A stretch of 28,882 bases of DNA from Spirochaetales bacterium (GTDB lineage: Bacteria; Spirochaetota; Spirochaetia; Treponematales; UBA12059), in the NCBI GenBank assembly GCA_016928955.1, contig JAFGJV010000004.1, positions 385,736-414,617 of the forward strand. The letters are read 5' to 3'. Numbering within the stretch: the stretch's first letter is position 1; the number at the start of each line of letters is the position of its first letter. The position numbers and the translations under genes were made by a program. The notes beneath the pieces were generated by a model. The model did no database searches, was not told the origin of the DNA, and was given only the letters and a program-made list of their open reading frames with translations. This document shows, in pieces, positions 8,982-18,095 of the stretch.

Positions 8982-11498
8982 TCAGCCGAAAAAGCCCGAC
9001 AGTTTTCGGTACAGGGTTCCGACCTTCTCACGCTCGTCCGGGCCGGCCTTGTCCGCTATCTCGTCGATCAGCGTCTCGAGGCTTGCCACGCTCTCGTTCA
9101 GGGCGGTGTGGAAACCGCGGGACACGCGGAACCAGTACGTGCCCTCCCCGTCGTTGAACAGGGCCACAAAACCGAGCTCCGGATTTTTGGGTTTCCAGTA
9201 AGCCACCTGGAGCACGTGGTCAAGCACCTTGACCAGGTTCTGGACGTCGTCGTGCACGCTGAACATCACCTTCTTGGGCCAGCCGCGCTTCAGGTCCTCC
9301 GCGGGCTCCAGCCAGGACGCCACGCGCAGGATGGTGTCCAACTTCTCGCCGTCCATGAGCACTTTGTGGTCCACCTTGACCACGCCCAGCATGCCCTTGA
9401 AGGCGGCCCCTGAATCGGCACTCAGGGACTCCCGGGCCTTGCTGAAGCGTTCCCAGTCCAAGATGGCCTTCTTGCGTTTCTTCTCGGCGACAATTTCGAA
9501 AATCTCGCTCCCGATCTTGATACGGGTGGTGAAATCCCTTGGCTCGCCTGCCTTGGCCGCGGCCTCCCTGCGCCGCTCTGGCTTGCCGGCCTCCGGTCCG
9601 CTGGGTATGACAGCCTGTTTCCTGCCCAGGAATGTGTCGGCCACCACCGGAGATATCCTCACCAGCAGGGGACGCTTGAGGGGCGACACGCTCATGGCGT
9701 ACATGCGGGTGGTGCGGACTATCTCGCCGGCCACGATATAGTCGGGATTCTCCTTGAACATCACCGAGCCCGGATGGATCTGCACCTTCTCGCCCATCAG
9801 CGTGCGGAAGATACCCCGGTCTTGTCGCGCGCACACGAACTGGATAAGGCCCCTGCTGACGGCGCACAGGTAGTCATCAGTGGAACCGCCCGAACCTATG
9901 GGCACGCCGAGCGAGTTGACGATCAGCTCGATCTGTTCCTTTATGCGGGCTATCTCGAGCAGGGTCCGCTCGTCCAGATAGCTCCGCTCGCAGAAGCGCG
10001 CCTTTTGCTTGGCGTCGCGGAAGGCCTTGAACATGACCAGATACGACACAAAGTCGCCTGCCGGGTCCCGGAACGCGTGGTGGGCCCGCCTGGCTTCCAG
10101 CTCCTCTCCCGGGGGCAGGACGTAGGGGCTCATGGTGGAGAGGAACGACGACGCCACCACCACCTCTTCCACCACGTCGGGGTATTTCATGACGGACTCG
10201 ACGATCATCCTGGACAGGCGCGGCAGGAGCGGAAAGGCGCACATCATGGTTCCTATCGTCGACAGCGTGCGGTCCGGATTCAGGGCCTCAAGCAGATTGA
10301 GCACGTCCATGGCGCCAAGGATGCCCGACCGCGCCGGCTTGGATATGAAATCAAAGCGCTCAAAATCCGTGATGCCGAGCTCGGCCATGCGGAGTACCAC
10401 CTCCGACAGGTCCGTGCGGTATATCTCCTCCATGGTGAACAGCGAGCGGTTCTCGAAGTCGTCGCGGCCGTACAGGCGGTAGCAGTAGCCCGGCTGGGTG
10501 CGGCCGGCGCGGCCCTTGCGCTGATTGCACGACGCCTTGGATATGGGCACTTCGATGAGGCTGGCCGTGTACGTCCGTGGGTTGTAGAAATTCAGCTTGG
10601 CCAGGCCCGAGTCTATCACGCTGGTCACGCCGTCTATGGTGACGCTGGTCTCCGCTATGTTGGTGCTGATGATCACCTTGGTCTTGCCCGCCGGCGCCTT
10701 GTCGAACACGCGCTCCTGCTCATCCTTGCCCAGGCGCGCGTACAGGGGCACAAGATGGAGGCGGCTCCGGCACTCGGTGAAGGACAATCGCTGCATGCAG
10801 TCCTTGATGGCCTTCTCGCCCGGGAGAAAGACCAGTATGTCGCCATCGCGCTTGTCGCCCACCACCCTGTTCACGATCTGCTCTATCTTGTCGGTCAGGG
10901 CCTCGGGGTTGCCTTCCTGGGCCGGCGGATCCCACACCACGGTGACCGGGAACACCTGCGTGTCGATCTTAACGATGGGACAGTCGCCAAAGTACGCGCT
11001 GAACACCTCAGCGTTTATGGTGGCCGACGACACGATCACCTTGAACTCGGGCCTGGCCTCCAGGACGCGCTTTAAAAGCCCCAGGATGAAATCTATGTTC
11101 AGGCTGCGCTCGTGGGCCTCGTCCACCATGATCACCGCGTAACGCGACAAGGCCGGATCCAGCTTCATCTCCTGAAGGAGTATGCCGTCCGTCATGATCT
11201 TGATGGCCGTCCCCTGCTCGGTCTTGTCCTCAAAGCGCATCTTGTAGCCCACAAGCCCGGGCATGGGCGTGCCGAGCTGACGGGATATGAATTCTGATAC
11301 CGATATGGCCGCTATGCGCCGCGGCTGGGTAACGCCAATCACGCCGCCGCGCGCGTAGCCGGCCTCGTGTAGGATGACGGGTATCTGCGTGGTCTTGCCC
11401 GAACCCGTGGGGCTTTCAACCACGATGACCTGGTTGGTCGCCAGGGCGGCCAGGATTCTGTCCTTCTGCTCGTATACCGGTAGTTTTGAGTAATCCAT
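8982..11498 (-). CDS. hrpA: DEAH-box ATP-dependent RNA helicase, HrpA family
   Basis: SPTGSGKTTQ, TQPRRIAA, TDG.LL, DEAHERS, SAT, TNIAETSVTI, QRKGRAGR, followed by HA2/OB-like regions. 838 aa. Confidence 0.9.
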   Translation of the reverse strand: MDYSKLPVYEQKDRILAALATNQVIVVESPTGSGKTTQIPVILHEAGYARGGVIGVTQPRRIAAISVSEFISRQLGTPMPGLVGYKMRFEDKTEQGTAIKIMTDGILLQEMKLDPALSRYAVIMVDEAHERSLNIDFILGLLKRVLEARPEFKVIVSSATINAEVFSAYFGDCPIVKIDTQVFPVTVVWDPPAQEGNPEALTDKIEQIVNRVVGDKRDGDILVFLPGEKAIKDCMQRLSFTECRSRLHLVPLYARLGKDEQERVFDKAPAGKTKVIISTNIAETSVTIDGVTSVIDSGLAKLNFYNPRTYTASLIEVPISKASCNQRKGRAGRTQPGYCYRLYGRDDFENRSLFTMEEIYRTDLSEVVLRMAELGITDFERFDFISKPARSGILGAMDVLNLLEALNPDRTLSTIGTMMCAFPLLPRLSRMIVESVMKYPDVVEEVVVASSFLSTMSPYVLPPGEELEARRAHHAFRDPAGDFVSYLVMFKAFRDAKQKARFCERSYLDERTLLEIARIKEQIELIVNSLGVPIGSGGSTDDYLCAVSRGLIQFVCARQDRGIFRTLMGEKVQIHPGSVMFKENPDYIVAGEIVRTTRMYAMSVSPLKRPLLVRISPVVADTFLGRKQAVIPSGPEAGKPERRREAAAKAGEPRDFTTRIKIGSEIFEIVAEKKRKKAILDWERFSKARESLSADSGAAFKGMLGVVKVDHKVLMDGEKLDTILRVASWLEPAEDLKRGWPKKVMFSVHDDVQNLVKVLDHVLQVAYWKPKNPELGFVALFNDGEGTYWFRVSRGFHTALNESVASLETLIDEIADKAGPDEREKVGTLYRKLSGFFG

Positions 11499-11504
11499 GG
11501 GTCC

Positions 11505-11554
11505 ATTGTAGCCTAAGCAGACGCATTATCAAAGCGGCGGAGCCTCTGTATACT
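11505..11554. promoter_or_regulatory. back-to-back divergent promoters, both leaderless
   Basis: Minus strand: TACAAT (11510-11505), 6 nt, hrpA ATG. Plus strand: TATACT (11549-11554), 6 nt, ATG 11561. The -35 candidates TTGATA (-) and TTATCA (+) overlap at about 11526-11532. Confidence 0.6.
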
Positions 11555-11560
11555 GCCTCC

Positions 11561-12814
11561 ATGCTGCGGGAAATTTTCACCGATGTGGTTGTGCTCGGCG
11601 CGATGGCCGCCATTGCGGCCGGACGCGTGCCCGGCCTCAGGATGAATCGCGCGTCGGTGGCCTTTGCCGCGGCCGCGCTCCTGGTGGCCGCCGGATCCGT
11701 GGGCGTGGCGGACGCTCTGGCCGCCATAGACCTGGGCACCCTCGTGCTCCTGCTGTCCATGATGCTGGTGGCGGCCAGCATGCGCCTGTCCGGCTTTTTT
11801 GACTGGGTCGCGGCCCGCCTGGCGGGCCTGGCCGGAGCTCCCGTGTTGTTTCTTGCCGCCATCGTGCTCAGTTCTGGCTTCCTGTCGGCAGCCTTCCTGA
11901 ACGATACCATATGCCTGCTCTTTGGGCCCATCGTCGCGGAGACGGCTCTCCGCGCCCGTCGCGATCCCGTGCCCTACCTGGTGGCCACGGCCGTATCGGC
12001 CAACGTCGGCTCCGCCGCCACGATCATAGGCAATCCCCAGAACATGCTGATAGGAGCCCAGAGCGGCATAGGCTTCATGCGGTTCCTGGCCGAGCTCGGC
12101 CCCGTGGCCCTCATGGCTCTGGTGATTTCCTTCATGTGCATCATGCTGGCCTTTCCCCGTGAATTTTTGGCAAGGAGGGCCGGCATGCTGGCAGGCGATG
12201 CTGTCAGCGTGGTTCCCTCGGCGCCCATCAGGGCAGGGGTGCGGGTATACAAGCCGCTATTATGGAAAAGCCTTACGGCGTCCGTCCTCATGCTCGGCGG
12301 TTTTGCCTTGGGCGCGCCGGTAAGCGCCGCGGCGGCCCTGGCAGCCGCACTTATCATGGTTACCAGGCGGCTTAAGCCTGAGCGGGTATTCAGCGAAGTC
12401 GATTTTGGCCTCCTAGTTTTTTTTGGCGGCCTCTTTGTTGTCACCAAGGCCGCCGCGGGCACGGAGGCCTTTGCCTGGTTCGAGCGAACCTTGCTCGCTG
12501 CGGCCGCCGATTCTCCCCTTGGCTACTCGGTGGCGGCAGCCGGCCTGTCCAACGTGATATCCAACGTTCCCGCCGTCATGGTCCTGGCCCCTGGCGCGGC
12601 GGCGGCGGTGGATCCCGAGCGTACCTGGCTCATCCTGGCCATGGCCAGCACCTTTGCGGGCAACCTAACCCTGCTCGGTTCCGTGGCCAACCTGATCGTC
12701 GCAGAAGGAGCAGCCTCCAGGGGCGTCAAGCTCGGTTTCTGGAGCTATCTCAAGGCAGGCGTGCCGGTTACGGTCCTGACCATACTGGCCGGTGCCTGGT
12801 GGCTGAGCAGATAG
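11561..12814 (+). CDS. ArsB/NhaD/CitMHS (SLC13-like, YbiR-type) anion permease
   Basis: NRAS.A, ID..TL.LL, LSA.FLNDT, ANVGSAATIIGNPQN, SNV.SNVPA, STFAGNLTLLGSVANLIV. About 11-12 TM segments. Start reassigned to the ATG at 11561. Confidence 0.9.
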   Translation: MLREIFTDVVVLGAMAAIAAGRVPGLRMNRASVAFAAAALLVAAGSVGVADALAAIDLGTLVLLLSMMLVAASMRLSGFFDWVAARLAGLAGAPVLFLAAIVLSSGFLSAAFLNDTICLLFGPIVAETALRARRDPVPYLVATAVSANVGSAATIIGNPQNMLIGAQSGIGFMRFLAELGPVALMALVISFMCIMLAFPREFLARRAGMLAGDAVSVVPSAPIRAGVRVYKPLLWKSLTASVLMLGGFALGAPVSAAAALAAALIMVTRRLKPERVFSEVDFGLLVFFGGLFVVTKAAAGTEAFAWFERTLLAAAADSPLGYSVAAAGLSNVISNVPAVMVLAPGAAAAVDPERTWLILAMASTFAGNLTLLGSVANLIVAEGAASRGVKLGFWSYLKAGVPVTVLTILAGAWWLSR

Positions 12815-12822
12815 AGCGACGC

Positions 12823-12852
12823 TTGACCCTCCGCGGCCAAAGCGCCTAAGAT
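12823..12852 (+). promoter_or_regulatory. sigma70-type promoter for the thi transporter operon
   Basis: TTGACC-N18-TAAGAT immediately upstream of the riboswitch. Confidence 0.55.
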
Positions 12853-12854
12853 GG

Positions 12855-12945
12855 GCGCGCCGGGGTGGCCGGGCATCCGTTGGATGACCCTGTCTGAGAA
12901 CAGACCCGAAGAACCTGATCCGGATAATGCCGGCGGAGGGAGCGC
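12855..12945 (+). ncRNA. TPP riboswitch (THI element)
   Basis: GGGGTG...CTGAGA...ACCCG-AAGAACCTGATCCGGATAATGCCGGCGGAGGGA matches the TPP aptamer consensus and lies directly upstream of a thiamine ABC transporter. Confidence 0.95.
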
Positions 12946-13992
12946 ATGCACGCACGTTCCACCTTCAATTTTAACCGACCTTTCATAGCCATCCTTATCA
13001 CCTGCCTTTTGAGCGCCGTGGTGCTGATGGGCACGCTGAGCTGCCTGTCCTGCGACGCGCCAGACCAAGAAGGCGCCCTGGTGGTCTATGTCTACGACTC
13101 GTTCGCGTCCGAGTGGGGTCCCGGTCCCATTGTTGAGGAGGCCTTCGAGAAGGCCACTGGCCTTGAACTGGAGCTGGTGGCCGTTGGCGACGGGGCTCAG
13201 GCCCTGGCCAGGGCCATAGACGAGAAAGCCAGGCCCAAGGCCGATGTGCTTCTAGGAGTGGACAACCACCTTCTGCCCAAGGCCGTAAGCGCTGACATCT
13301 TCATGCCCTACCGGCCTGAAAACGCGGCGCTGGTGCCTTCCGACCTGGTGTTGGACGACCAGTGGCGCGTAACGCCCTTTGACTGGGGCAGTTTTGCCAT
13401 CATCTGGGATTCGGAGCGCTTGGCCGAGCCGCCGCGGACCCTGGAAGACCTGACCAAACCCGAATACGAGCGCTCGCTGATACTCATGGATCCACGTACC
13501 AGCACACCAGGCTACGGCTTTCTAGCCTGGACCAAGGCCGTGTATGGCGACGACATGCCCGACTATTGGCAGAGGCTTAAACCGTCCATCCTGACTCTGA
13601 GCCCCGGCTGGGACACAGGCTACGGTCTTTTCACCAAAGGTGAGGCTCCCCTGGTCATATCCTACACGACCAGCCCGGCGTATCACGCCGAATACGAGAC
13701 GGCCGGCCGCTACCAGGCCCTGATCTTTCCTGAGGGCCATCCCGTGCAAATTGAGGGCGCCGGCATCCTCAGGGGCACCAGCCGGCCGCAGGCAGCCAAA
13801 GCCTTCATCGACTTTATGTTGTCGCCCGAATTCCAGTCAGCGATACCCCTCTCCAACTGGATGTATCCCATAGTAGCGGATACCGTTTTGCCAGCGTCGT
13901 TCGAACACGCGCCCAAGCCTACCACCAATCTCCTGGTGGACCCGGCCGTGCTCGAAGGCGCGGAACGCTCCGCGCTCGATGCCCTGAACTGA
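12946..13992 (+). CDS. thiB: thiamine ABC transporter substrate-binding (lipo)protein
   Basis: VY.YDSF.SEWGPGP, DPRTSTPG, GW..GYGLFT.GEAP.V.SYTTSPAYH, Q.E.A, NWMYP. Downstream of a TPP riboswitch. Confidence 0.93.
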   Translation: MHARSTFNFNRPFIAILITCLLSAVVLMGTLSCLSCDAPDQEGALVVYVYDSFASEWGPGPIVEEAFEKATGLELELVAVGDGAQALARAIDEKARPKADVLLGVDNHLLPKAVSADIFMPYRPENAALVPSDLVLDDQWRVTPFDWGSFAIIWDSERLAEPPRTLEDLTKPEYERSLILMDPRTSTPGYGFLAWTKAVYGDDMPDYWQRLKPSILTLSPGWDTGYGLFTKGEAPLVISYTTSPAYHAEYETAGRYQALIFPEGHPVQIEGAGILRGTSRPQAAKAFIDFMLSPEFQSAIPLSNWMYPIVADTVLPASFEHAPKPTTNLLVDPAVLEGAERSALDALN

Positions 13993-13997
13993 CCGCC

Positions 13998-15626
13998 GTG
14001 CGCGCTCCGCGCCTGCCTTCTGAGCGGGCTTACACACTGGCCAGCGCCGCCCTGTTCCCGGTGCTTGGCCTGTTTGTTGCCCTTCCCCTGGCTGGCGCCT
14101 TCATGCCCCTGTTCCGCGGTGACGGAGCCTTTGACAACCTAGGCCGGGCTTTTGGCGACGCGCGCTTTCTCGGTTCCTTTGGCTTTGGCCTGGGGCAGGC
14201 CCTGGCAAGCGCCGTCCTGGCTTTGCTGGTCGGGCTTCCCGGCGCTTACCTCTTGGGTCGCAAGAAATTTCCGGGCAAGCGCCTCCTTTCGGCGCTTGCC
14301 GTCGTTCCCTTCTGCGTTCCTCCCCTGATCGTCGCCCTGGGCTTTGTGCTGTATTACGGCAAGGACGGCTTTCTCAACCGCGCGCTTATGGCCATCTTCA
14401 GCCTGGATAGCCCGCCCCTGGATTTTCTGTACTCGTTCTGGGGCGTGGTCTTGGCCCACGGTTTTTACAACTTTCCCCTGGTCATGAGCATGGCCGGCGA
14501 CGCGTGGTCAGGCATACGGAGGGACACCGAGGACGCGGCCAGGCTCCTGGGCGCCGGCCGTGTACGCACCTTCGTGACCGTGACCCTGCCCGGCATACTG
14601 CCCGCGGCCGGGGCGGCCTTCACCCTGACCTTTCTGATGTGTTTTTTCAGCTTTACCATCGTGCTGCTCTTTGGCGGTCCAGGCGTCGGGACGCCCGAGG
14701 TCGAGCTGTACCGGGCAGCCCGTTTTGACCTTGACAGGCCCCTGGCTTCGGCCTTTGCCCTGGTCGAGAGCGCCGTGGCCTTGCTGGCCCTGTACGCGTA
14801 CGCTCGCCTGGAACGGCGCGTGAGCGGCCGGAGAACGGACGCGGCGCGCAGGGAAGCGGCCGTTCCCTTCCGTGGTCCCGCCGGCGTAGCCGGTGCTGTC
14901 GTCTACGGCCTCTTGGTGCTGGTGGCTTTTCTGGGCCCGCTGGCCGCAGTAGCCGGCGAGTCCCTGGTGGTCAGATCGGCAAAATACGGCCCAGGCAACC
15001 TTGGCCTTGGAAACTACCTGGCCTTGTTCTCAAGCCCGTCGTTTGTCCGCGCCGCGGGCAACACCCTGGCCCTTGGCCTGGGCTCGGCTTTGCTGGCCGC
15101 CCTGATAGGTTTTGCCCTGTCGCTGGCGCTCAAGCGGACCCGCTCGCCCTTCCTGGCCTCTGTTCTCCCCTTGTCGCCCCTGGCCTTGTCGTCGGTGGTA
15201 CTCGCCTACGGCTGGAGTTCCGTGGTCGGCACCGCAACGCCGCTTACCCTGGCGGCCGTACAGGCAGTGTCGGCTTATCCCTTCATCCTTAAAGGCATAC
15301 AGGGAGCCCTGGGGTCGTCAGACGAACGCCTGGCGGACGCCGCCCTTGCGCTCGGCTCATCCCGACTGGGCGCCGTGTTCAGGGTCCGCCTACCCCTGGC
15401 CGCCCCGGCTCTGCTCTCCGGCTTTGCCTTTGCCTTTGCCATAAGCGCAGGCGACGCCAACGCACTGATAGCCGCGCCGGTACCCGGCTATGAGACCCTG
15501 GCCTTGAAGCTGTATCAGCTGGCCGGATCCTACCGTTTCAATGAGGCATGCGCCGCGGCGACCCTCCTCGGGCTGGCCGTATCCCTGGTTTTCTTCCTGA
15601 AGGACGGCAGACATGCCATCGCTTGA
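13998..15626 (+). CDS. thiP: thiamine ABC transporter permease (duplicated TM domain)
   Basis: LAH.FYNFP and two EAA-like loops (EDAARLLGA, DAALALGS). About 12 TM segments. GTG start. Confidence 0.88.
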   Translation: MRAPRLPSERAYTLASAALFPVLGLFVALPLAGAFMPLFRGDGAFDNLGRAFGDARFLGSFGFGLGQALASAVLALLVGLPGAYLLGRKKFPGKRLLSALAVVPFCVPPLIVALGFVLYYGKDGFLNRALMAIFSLDSPPLDFLYSFWGVVLAHGFYNFPLVMSMAGDAWSGIRRDTEDAARLLGAGRVRTFVTVTLPGILPAAGAAFTLTFLMCFFSFTIVLLFGGPGVGTPEVELYRAARFDLDRPLASAFALVESAVALLALYAYARLERRVSGRRTDAARREAAVPFRGPAGVAGAVVYGLLVLVAFLGPLAAVAGESLVVRSAKYGPGNLGLGNYLALFSSPSFVRAAGNTLALGLGSALLAALIGFALSLALKRTRSPFLASVLPLSPLALSSVVLAYGWSSVVGTATPLTLAAVQAVSAYPFILKGIQGALGSSDERLADAALALGSSRLGAVFRVRLPLAAPALLSGFAFAFAISAGDANALIAAPVPGYETLALKLYQLAGSYRFNEACAAATLLGLAVSLVFFLKDGRHAIA

Positions 15627-16689
15627 ACTGGACGCGCTGACCAAGACCTGGCCCGAACTGACCATACGGGCATCACTTACGGTTCCCGACGGCTCCCTCC
15701 TGGTCATAGCCGGACCGTCCGGCTGCGGCAAGAGCACCCTCCTCCGCATGACAGCCGGCCTCTTGGACGCTGACGGTGGAAGGGTTCTGGTGGGAGGTTC
15801 CGACGTCAGCGGCCGCTCGCCGAAGGAGCGCGGCATAGGCATGGTGTTCCAGGACGCCGCCCTCTTTCCGCACCTGGACGCTGGCGGCAACGTGGCGTAC
15901 GGACTCTGGGGCCGCGGCCGGTCCAAACGCGAACGCCTGGCCGAGGCCGACAGGCTCCTTGCGTCTGTGGGCCTTGAAGGTTTCGGACGCAGGCGCATAG
16001 ACAGCCTGTCGGGAGGAGAGCGCCAGCGCGTCGCCCTGGCCCGCACCCTAGCCATACAGCCAGGTATCGTGCTCTTTGACGAGCCCCTGTCGTCATTGGA
16101 CCCTGCCTTGCGGAAAAGGCTCAGGCAGGACATACGTGACGAGCAGCGGCGCTTCGGCCTGACCGCGGTGTACGTGACCCATGACCTTGAGGAGGCGCTG
16201 GCCGTGGCCGACAAGCTGGCCGTCATGGACGCGGGCGCCATACTGCAATGTGGTACGCCATCCGAGCTTTGGGAGCGTCCTGACAGCGCGGGTCTGGCCA
16301 GGTTCCTAGGCTCGGGTCCCTGCCTGCCCATCGTCGGGCATGAATCGGGCAGGGTCCTGACAGCCGACGGGAACTTCCCGCTGGCAAGCGCTTCCGCCCC
16401 GGAAGGCATGCCCCTGGCCGACGGAGCGTACGTTTTCTTTGGACGTGGCGACGCAGTCCTTTCGGACGCGCCCGCCGTCGCCGGTTCCGGCTGTTTCACC
16501 GCCCGCTGCATGCGCGCCGACTACGCCGGTGATTCCGTGGACTGTCATATGCTATCGGGAGACATCCTCTGCACCCTGAGATTCCCCGCCGCCCGTTCGC
16601 CCAAACCCGGATCCAGCGCTCGCTACGCGGTACCCGCGGAGAACATCAGGCTCTTGCCCAAGGACGACGCCGACCTTCAGTCGCGGTAG
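15613..16689 (+). CDS. thiQ: ABC transporter ATP-binding protein of the thiamine transporter (ThiQ/PotA-like)
   Basis: GPSGCGKST, LSGGERQRVALAR, LFDEP, VTHD and a C-terminal TOBE-like region. Third gene of the operon. Confidence 0.8.
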   Translation: MPSLELDALTKTWPELTIRASLTVPDGSLLVIAGPSGCGKSTLLRMTAGLLDADGGRVLVGGSDVSGRSPKERGIGMVFQDAALFPHLDAGGNVAYGLWGRGRSKRERLAEADRLLASVGLEGFGRRRIDSLSGGERQRVALARTLAIQPGIVLFDEPLSSLDPALRKRLRQDIRDEQRRFGLTAVYVTHDLEEALAVADKLAVMDAGAILQCGTPSELWERPDSAGLARFLGSGPCLPIVGHESGRVLTADGNFPLASASAPEGMPLADGAYVFFGRGDAVLSDAPAVAGSGCFTARCMRADYAGDSVDCHMLSGDILCTLRFPAARSPKPGSSARYAVPAENIRLLPKDDADLQSR

Positions 16690-18023
16690 CCGTACTCGTT
16701 CAGTTTGTTGAACAAGGTCCTCCGCGTTATGCCGAGCTCGGTGGCCGTGGCCTCCCGCTTGCCCCCGTTGCGCCTCAAGGCGGCCAGAATGGCCCTCTTC
16801 TCTATCTCGGCGAGCGGTAAAGGCTCCTCGGTGCCGGCGGACGTATCGCTATCCCGGCTAGTCCTGACGTCGCTCGCGTGCCCGAACTGGAAATCGGCCG
16901 GCGTTAGCTCGTCGCCATCGGCCAGGATCAGGGCCCGTTCCACCAGGTTGGACAGCTCGCGCACGTTGCCGGGAAAGGGATAGGCTTCTATGGCCTTCAG
17001 GGCCTCAGCGGACAGACGCATGCCCCGCCTGCCCATGCGCGGCCCCAGGCTGACCACAAAATGCTCGGCGAGCGCCCGCGCGTCCCCCGGCCGCTCGCGC
17101 AGGGGCGGCAGTCGTATCCGTACCACGTTGACGCGGTAGTAGAGGTCCTCCCGGAACAAGCCGTCACGCACCATGGCCTCCAGGTCGCGGTTGGTGGCGG
17201 CGACGATGCGGGCGTCCACAGGCAGGCCCTTGACGCCGCCCAGCCGCGTCACCTTGCGCTCCTGTATGGCCCGCAGGATTTTTACCTGCATGGCCAGCGG
17301 CATTTCCCCAATTTCGTCCAGGAACAGGGTGCCGCCGTCCGCCAGCTCGAACAGCCCTTGCTTGCGCTCGGACGCCCCGGTAAACGCGCCTTTCTCGTAG
17401 CCAAAGAGCTCGCTTTCCATCAAGGTCTCCGGCACGGCACCCAGGTTGACGGCCACAAAGGCGCCCTGCCGGCCGGAGCGCTCGTGGATGAGGCGGGCAA
17501 GCACCTCCTTGCCCGTGCCGCTTTCACCGCTTACCAAGACGGTGGCCGGAGTCGGCGCGGCCCTGTCCACCAGGCGCAGGGCTTCCTGTATGGCCGGGCT
17601 GTGGCCTATAAGACGCGTCGGCTCTGAGTCCGGCCTGCGCGACGCCTCCCTGTCCGCAAGGAGCCGCCTCTCACGCACGGCCTTGCGCAGGCGCATAACC
17701 AGCTCATCCGGATCAAAGGGCTTGACCAGGTAGTCGCAGGCGCCCAGGCGCATGGCCTCGACCGCGTCCCTCACGTCCCCATGGGCGCTCATCATGATCA
17801 CCGGCAGGGAGTAGCCTGCTTCCTTGATCCACGCCAGGAGGGCAAGGCCGTCCATGCCCGGCATGCGTATGTCCAGCACGGCGGCATCCCAGGTTTCCTC
17901 GGACACCAGGGTGCGGGCGGCCGCGCCATCGGGAGCGGTGCCCGCGTCTATGCCTTCCGCGCCCAGGAAATCCTTCACTGATTCCAAAAGCCGTGGTTCG
18001 TCATCCGCGACCAGTACCCTCAT
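16677..18023 (-). CDS. sigma-54-dependent response regulator (NtrC/AtoC family: REC-AAA+-Fis HTH)
   Basis: REC domain (VADDE, LDIRMPGMDG, KPF), GESGTGKE, ESELFGYEKGAFTGA, LFLDEIGE, FREDLYYR, PGNVREL, HTH LGITRRTL. Confidence 0.96.
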   Translation of the reverse strand: MRVLVADDEPRLLESVKDFLGAEGIDAGTAPDGAAARTLVSEETWDAAVLDIRMPGMDGLALLAWIKEAGYSLPVIMMSAHGDVRDAVEAMRLGACDYLVKPFDPDELVMRLRKAVRERRLLADREASRRPDSEPTRLIGHSPAIQEALRLVDRAAPTPATVLVSGESGTGKEVLARLIHERSGRQGAFVAVNLGAVPETLMESELFGYEKGAFTGASERKQGLFELADGGTLFLDEIGEMPLAMQVKILRAIQERKVTRLGGVKGLPVDARIVAATNRDLEAMVRDGLFREDLYYRVNVVRIRLPPLRERPGDARALAEHFVVSLGPRMGRRGMRLSAEALKAIEAYPFPGNVRELSNLVERALILADGDELTPADFQFGHASDVRTSRDSDTSAGTEEPLPLAEIEKRAILAALRRNGGKREATATELGITRRTLFNKLNEYGYRD

Positions 18024-18095
18024 GCGTATCCTTTCCCGCGGTCCCTAGGTTCTTGGAACTTGCGGTCCGCGCTCGTGGGAGTATAATTGTAGCCT

